NCBI GenBank assembly: GCA_903885855.1
Contig: CAISKG010000437.1
Location: 1-44,345 of the forward strand
Direction of reading: 5' to 3'
DNA from: an uncultured Planctomycetaceae bacterium
GTDB lineage: Bacteria; Planctomycetota; Planctomycetia; Pirellulales; UBA1268
Length of the DNA: 44,345 nucleotides
A program made the translations under genes and the position numbers. Shown in pieces: positions 40,982 through 44,345 of this stretch. Each line of letters starts with the position of its first letter. Within the stretch, counting starts at the first letter, position 1. The notes beneath the pieces are model-generated. The model was not told the origin of the DNA and ran no database searches. It saw nothing but the letters and a program-made list of their open reading frames with translations.

Positions 40982-41371
40982 TCAGCCCTTGAGGTCGTCC
41001 GCCCGGTCGACGTCGACGGTGGCGTGGTTGTTGTAGAAGTTGAGCGTGATGGCCAGGGCCACGGCCGCCTCGGCCGCCGCCAGCAGGATCACGAACAGCG
41101 CGATCATCTGCCCGTCGAGCCCCAGCGACATCCCCCCCTCGGCCTGCAGGTAGGGGGAGGCGAAGGCGACGAAATTCAGATTCGCCCCGTTGAGCACCAG
41201 TTCGATGCCCATCAGCACGCCGAGGGCGTTGCGCTTGAGCATCATGCAGGCGATGCCGGCGGTGAACAGCACCGCCCCGACGACGAGGTAGTGGATCACC
41301 CCCACCGGCTCGGTGAGGGGATTGGCCGCGAGGAGCGGCAGGATCGCGGCGGTGCAGGGCAGGCCGTTCAC
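40982..41371 (-). CDS. nuoK: NADH-quinone oxidoreductase subunit K
   Basis: IHYLVVGAVLFTAGIACMMLKRNALGVLMGIELVLNGANLNFVAF is the NuoK signature. Start taken as the GTG overlapping the nuoJ stop (GTGA), with GGAGG upstream. A GTG at 41299 would give a canonical-length protein of about 105 aa. The start is uncertain. Confidence 0.85.
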   Translation of the reverse strand: MNGLPCTAAILPLLAANPLTEPVGVIHYLVVGAVLFTAGIACMMLKRNALGVLMGIELVLNGANLNFVAFASPYLQAEGGMSLGLDGQMIALFVILLAAAEAAVALAITLNFYNNHATVDVDRADDLKG

Positions 41372-42138
41372 CGTGTGCCTCCGACGAGGGCCGAGGACGA
41401 TCCGGAGCGTGCGGCGGCGGCCGGGGGGGAGGCCGGAGCCACCGCCGAGGCCAGGGCCTCGATCGGCCGCGGCGTGCGCCGGCGCTTCGCCCGGGCGAGG
41501 TACGCCGCGCCCACGAGCACCACCAGCAGATGCACCGAGACGATCTCGAAGGGGAGCAGGTATCCGGCCCGCCCGGCCACGGGCGCGTTGGCCGGCGGAT
41601 CGTCGACCCGCAGGCCCACCATCGCCATGCCCAGCGGCGTGGCGCTGGGATCGGGGATCACCCCGGCGCCCGGGGCGTTCCAGGCGTCGACCGACAGGGC
41701 GGCGGTGAGGAGGAGGCCCAGGAGCGACGCGCCGGCCACGGCCGCCAGCGTGCGGTCGGACGCCGAGGCACGGATCTCGATGAATGGCGCCTGGGCGGTG
41801 AGCATCACGCCGAACACCAGGAGCACCAGCGTGCCCCCCACGTAGATCATCAGCTGCATCGCCCCGACGAATTCGGCCCCCGACAGGAAGAACAGCCCCG
41901 CCGTGGCGGCCAGCGAGAACACCAGATACAGCGCCATGCGCACGACGTTGTCGGAGATCACGACGCCCAGCGCGAAACCGCAGGCCAGCGCCGCGAAGAG
42001 GAAGAACAGCAGCGAGTGGAAATTGACCGCCGCCGTCGGCAGCAGCAGCCCCGGCGGGCAGACCGCCCCCCCCGCGGCGAGCGCGGCGAGGCCGGAGACG
42101 AACGATGGGGCGAGGAGGGATTCCATGTCGAACACCAC
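41368..42138 (-). CDS. nuoJ: NADH-quinone oxidoreductase subunit J
   Basis: GVVISDNVVRMALYLVFSLAATAGLFFLSGAEFVGAMQLMIYVGGTLVLLVFGVML is NuoJ-like, and LLPFEIVSVHLLVVLVGA lies near the C-terminus. The start is either the GTG at 42138 or the ATG at 42126. It lies 9-21 nt after the nuoH stop. Confidence 0.85.
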   Translation of the reverse strand: MVFDMESLLAPSFVSGLAALAAGGAVCPPGLLLPTAAVNFHSLLFFLFAALACGFALGVVISDNVVRMALYLVFSLAATAGLFFLSGAEFVGAMQLMIYVGGTLVLLVFGVMLTAQAPFIEIRASASDRTLAAVAGASLLGLLLTAALSVDAWNAPGAGVIPDPSATPLGMAMVGLRVDDPPANAPVAGRAGYLLPFEIVSVHLLVVLVGAAYLARAKRRRTPRPIEALASAVAPASPPAAAARSGSSSALVGGTR

Positions 42139-42147
42139 GCGTGTGCG

Positions 42148-43332
42148 TCAGTCGCGATCCGCGACCCGGACGGGGCTTCCGCCGGGCCCTTCCAACCAGC
42201 CTTCGCGGATCTCGCCCGCGGGCCGGCCCCAGCCGGGCAGCAGGCCGCCCGGGAGGAGGAGTTGCCACACCATCGCCCCCGCGAACATCGCGGCCGCGAT
42301 CGGGGTGCAGTACTTGAGGCAGGTCGTCATCACCTGGTCGATCCGCAGCCGCGGGAGCGTCCAGCGGATCCACATCATGAACAGCACGCCGATCGTGGCC
42401 TTGCCGACGAGGTTCACCAGGCCGAGGAGACGCACCAGGTAGACCAGGAAGGCGGAGGTGTCGCCGCCGCGCCCGCTCCATCCGAGGAGTTCCGCCAGCG
42501 GCACCGGGCCGTTCCAGCCGCCGAGGAAGAGCACCGCGGCGAGGCCGCTGACGAGGAACATCGAGCCGTACTCGGCCATGAAGAAGAAGCTCCAGCGCAG
42601 GCCGGAGTATTCGGTGTGGAAGCCGGCCACCAGCTCGCTCTCGGCCTCGGCGAGGTCGAACGGCGCACGGTTCACGCTCGCCACCGCGCAGGTGACGTAC
42701 ACCCAGAAGATCACGAAGGTGAACGGGTCGTGGAACAGGTACCAGTTGGTGAACCAGCCGGCCTGCTTCTCGCCGATCGTCACCAGATCCATGGTGCCGG
42801 CGAGCATCACGGGCACCACGACGCACATCCCCAGCGGCACCTCGTAGCTCACCACCTGCGCCGCCTCGCGCATCGCCCCGAAGAGCGACCATTTCGACGC
42901 CGACGCGTAGCCGGCGAGGATCACGCCGAACACCTCGAGCCCCAGGACCGCGACCACGAAGAACACCCCGACGTTGAGCCGCTGGGCGACGACGTCGAAG
43001 GCGAAGGGGAGCGCGATGAAGGCGCAGAACGACGCGCAGAAACTGACGTAGGGGGCGATCTTGAACAGCAAACCGTCGGCCCCGTCGGGCATCAGGTCCT
43101 CCTTGGCCAGGAGCTTGATGCCGTCGGCCAGGGACTGCAGCCAGCCGAACTTGCCCCCGGTGCGGGTGGGGCCGAGGCGGTCCTGGATGCGGGCCGCCAC
43201 CTTCCGTTCCGCCCAGATGAACACCAGCGCCCCGACGGCGATGACGTTGAGGATCAGGGCCGCCGACACCAGCGCCGCGACCGTCCACGCCAGCCAGCCT
43301 GGGAGCCCGAACCCGAGCAGCAGTTCAACCAT
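42148..43332 (-). CDS. nuoH: NADH-quinone oxidoreductase subunit H
   Basis: The internal ATG at 43332 gives MVELLLGFGLPGW...FIWAERKVAARIQDRLGPTRTG...LQSLADGIKLLAKED, plus RAPFDLAEAESELVAGFHTEYSG and WIRWTLPRLRIDQ. Confidence 0.92.
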   Translation of the reverse strand: MVELLLGFGLPGWLAWTVAALVSAALILNVIAVGALVFIWAERKVAARIQDRLGPTRTGGKFGWLQSLADGIKLLAKEDLMPDGADGLLFKIAPYVSFCASFCAFIALPFAFDVVAQRLNVGVFFVVAVLGLEVFGVILAGYASASKWSLFGAMREAAQVVSYEVPLGMCVVVPVMLAGTMDLVTIGEKQAGWFTNWYLFHDPFTFVIFWVYVTCAVASVNRAPFDLAEAESELVAGFHTEYSGLRWSFFFMAEYGSMFLVSGLAAVLFLGGWNGPVPLAELLGWSGRGGDTSAFLVYLVRLLGLVNLVGKATIGVLFMMWIRWTLPRLRIDQVMTTCLKYCTPIAAAMFAGAMVWQLLLPGGLLPGWGRPAGEIREGWLEGPGGSPVRVADRD

Positions 43333-43509
43333 GCGCGACGATCCCCGTGACGGGACGAGGAGACGAGGGAACGGGGTTTTCCCCGCCCGAAATCCACATC
43401 GTGAAAAATCGCACGAAGTTTGACCTCCCCCGCCCCGATCCACAAGTGGCCGCCGGCAATCCGCCTCCCGCCGCGCCCGGCCGGGCAGGCCCGCTCGACC
43501 GCCGGCCGC

Positions 43510-44345
43510 TCAGCGGTCGATCTCCCCCATGACGATGTCCAGGCTGCCGACGATCGCCGGCACGTCGGCGATGAGGCAGCCGCGACACAGATCCGGCACG
43601 ACCGAGAGATTCGAGAACGAGCTCGACCGCGCCCGCACGCGCCACGGGATCGAGGTCCCGTTGCCGACCACGTAGAAGCCCATCTGCCCCTTGGGAGCCT
43701 CGGTCTCCAGGTAGGCGTCGCCGACGGGGAGCTTTTCGGCGAGCTTGAGCGGCTCGCCGAGGGGCTCGCGGCAGGCGGAGTAGCGGTCGATGGCCTGCCG
43801 CACCAGATCCATCGACTGCACGACCTCGAGCATCCGCACGAAGAACCGGTGCCAGCAGTCGCCGAGCACCGCCTCGGGGGGCACGGCCGGGTAGGTGTGG
43901 TCGCGCGGGTAGCGGCCGTCCTTCTGCACGGCCACCTCGAAGGCGTAGCCGTCGTACATCGAGGTGTAGATCGCCTCGCCGTCGCGGCGCAGGTCCTGAT
44001 CGACACCGCTGCCGCGCAGCACCGGGCCGCTGCAGCCGTAGTCGATGGCCGCCTCGCGCGACAGCACGCCGATCGCCGCGGTGCGCTTCACGAAGATGGC
44101 GTTGGTCGTGAGGAGGGCGTGGTAATCCTTGATGACGGGCTCGAGCTGGTCGAGGAAGGCCTCGCAGCGCTGCAGCCAGCCCGGCGGCAGGTCGGCGGTG
44201 GCGCCGCCCACGGTGATGTAGCTGTAGGTGAGCCGCGCCCCGCACACCTCCTCGAAGAGGTCGAGGATCTTCTCGCGCTCCCGGAAGGCGTAGAGGAAGG
44301 GGCTGAAAGTGCCCAGGTCGAGCCCGTAGGCGCCCATCCCCAGGA
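43510..44345 (-). CDS. nuoD: NADH-quinone oxidoreductase subunit D, C-terminal part. The 5' end lies beyond the right edge of the window.
   Basis: The translation ends in ETEAPKGQMGFYVVGNG...PWRVRARSSSFSNLSVVPDLCRGCLIADVPAIVGSLDIVMGEIDR, the canonical NuoD/49-kDa subunit C-terminus. The reading frame stays open to position 44345. Confidence 0.9.
   Translation of the reverse strand, partial: LGMGAYGLDLGTFSPFLYAFREREKILDLFEEVCGARLTYSYITVGGATADLPPGWLQRCEAFLDQLEPVIKDYHALLTTNAIFVKRTAAIGVLSREAAIDYGCSGPVLRGSGVDQDLRRDGEAIYTSMYDGYAFEVAVQKDGRYPRDHTYPAVPPEAVLGDCWHRFFVRMLEVVQSMDLVRQAIDRYSACREPLGEPLKLAEKLPVGDAYLETEAPKGQMGFYVVGNGTSIPWRVRARSSSFSNLSVVPDLCRGCLIADVPAIVGSLDIVMGEIDR

Overview
This is a very GC-rich, gene-dense window with about 37 protein genes and one tRNA. 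It reads as core chromosome, not an accessory island. Low-complexity Ala/Pro linkers, a giant membrane-anchored TPR protein, a fliW-csrA pair and an insert-laden NuoL suggest Planctomycetota, but that is a low-confidence inference.

Gene content from left to right:
- Pyruvate dehydrogenase genes on the minus strand, transcribed lpd -> aceE -> aceF (aceF truncated at the left edge).
- tRNA-Leu(UAG).
- A secreted Cys-rich protein.
- A 1468-aa TPR protein and a small convergent TPR protein.
- A stand-alone lpxA.
- A seven-gene chemosensory operon: urea/amide-type PBP1 binding protein, dCache MCP, CheW, CheR-TPR, Cys-motif CheW, CheA-REC hybrid, CheB.
- A convergent pair: an acidic membrane protein and an amidase-signature enzyme.
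- PIG-L deacetylase, a small ORF, xerC and an orphan NarL-type response regulator.
- hemC, comF and an LptF/G permease.
- fliW-csrA, a thioredoxin-like protein, tatD and a small unknown ORF.
- The distal complex I genes nuoN-M-L-K-J-H and a partial nuoD on the minus strand.

I saw no CRISPR array, IS element, prophage or recognisable defence system.

The most unusual item is the Wsp-architecture chemosensory operon. It is headed by a translationally coupled orphan PBP1 protein and has no diguanylate-cyclase output gene. Secondary oddities:
- The nuo cluster has no nuoI between nuoH and nuoJ, and no nuoEFG between nuoD and nuoH.
- NuoL is 811 aa and carries His-rich inserts.
- CsrA carries a long basic C-terminal tail.
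- A secreted protein carries an eight-Cys module.

Most very long ORFs in the supplied track are antisense or over-extended artefacts of the high GC content. All functional calls rest on motif recognition by eye. No searches were run.
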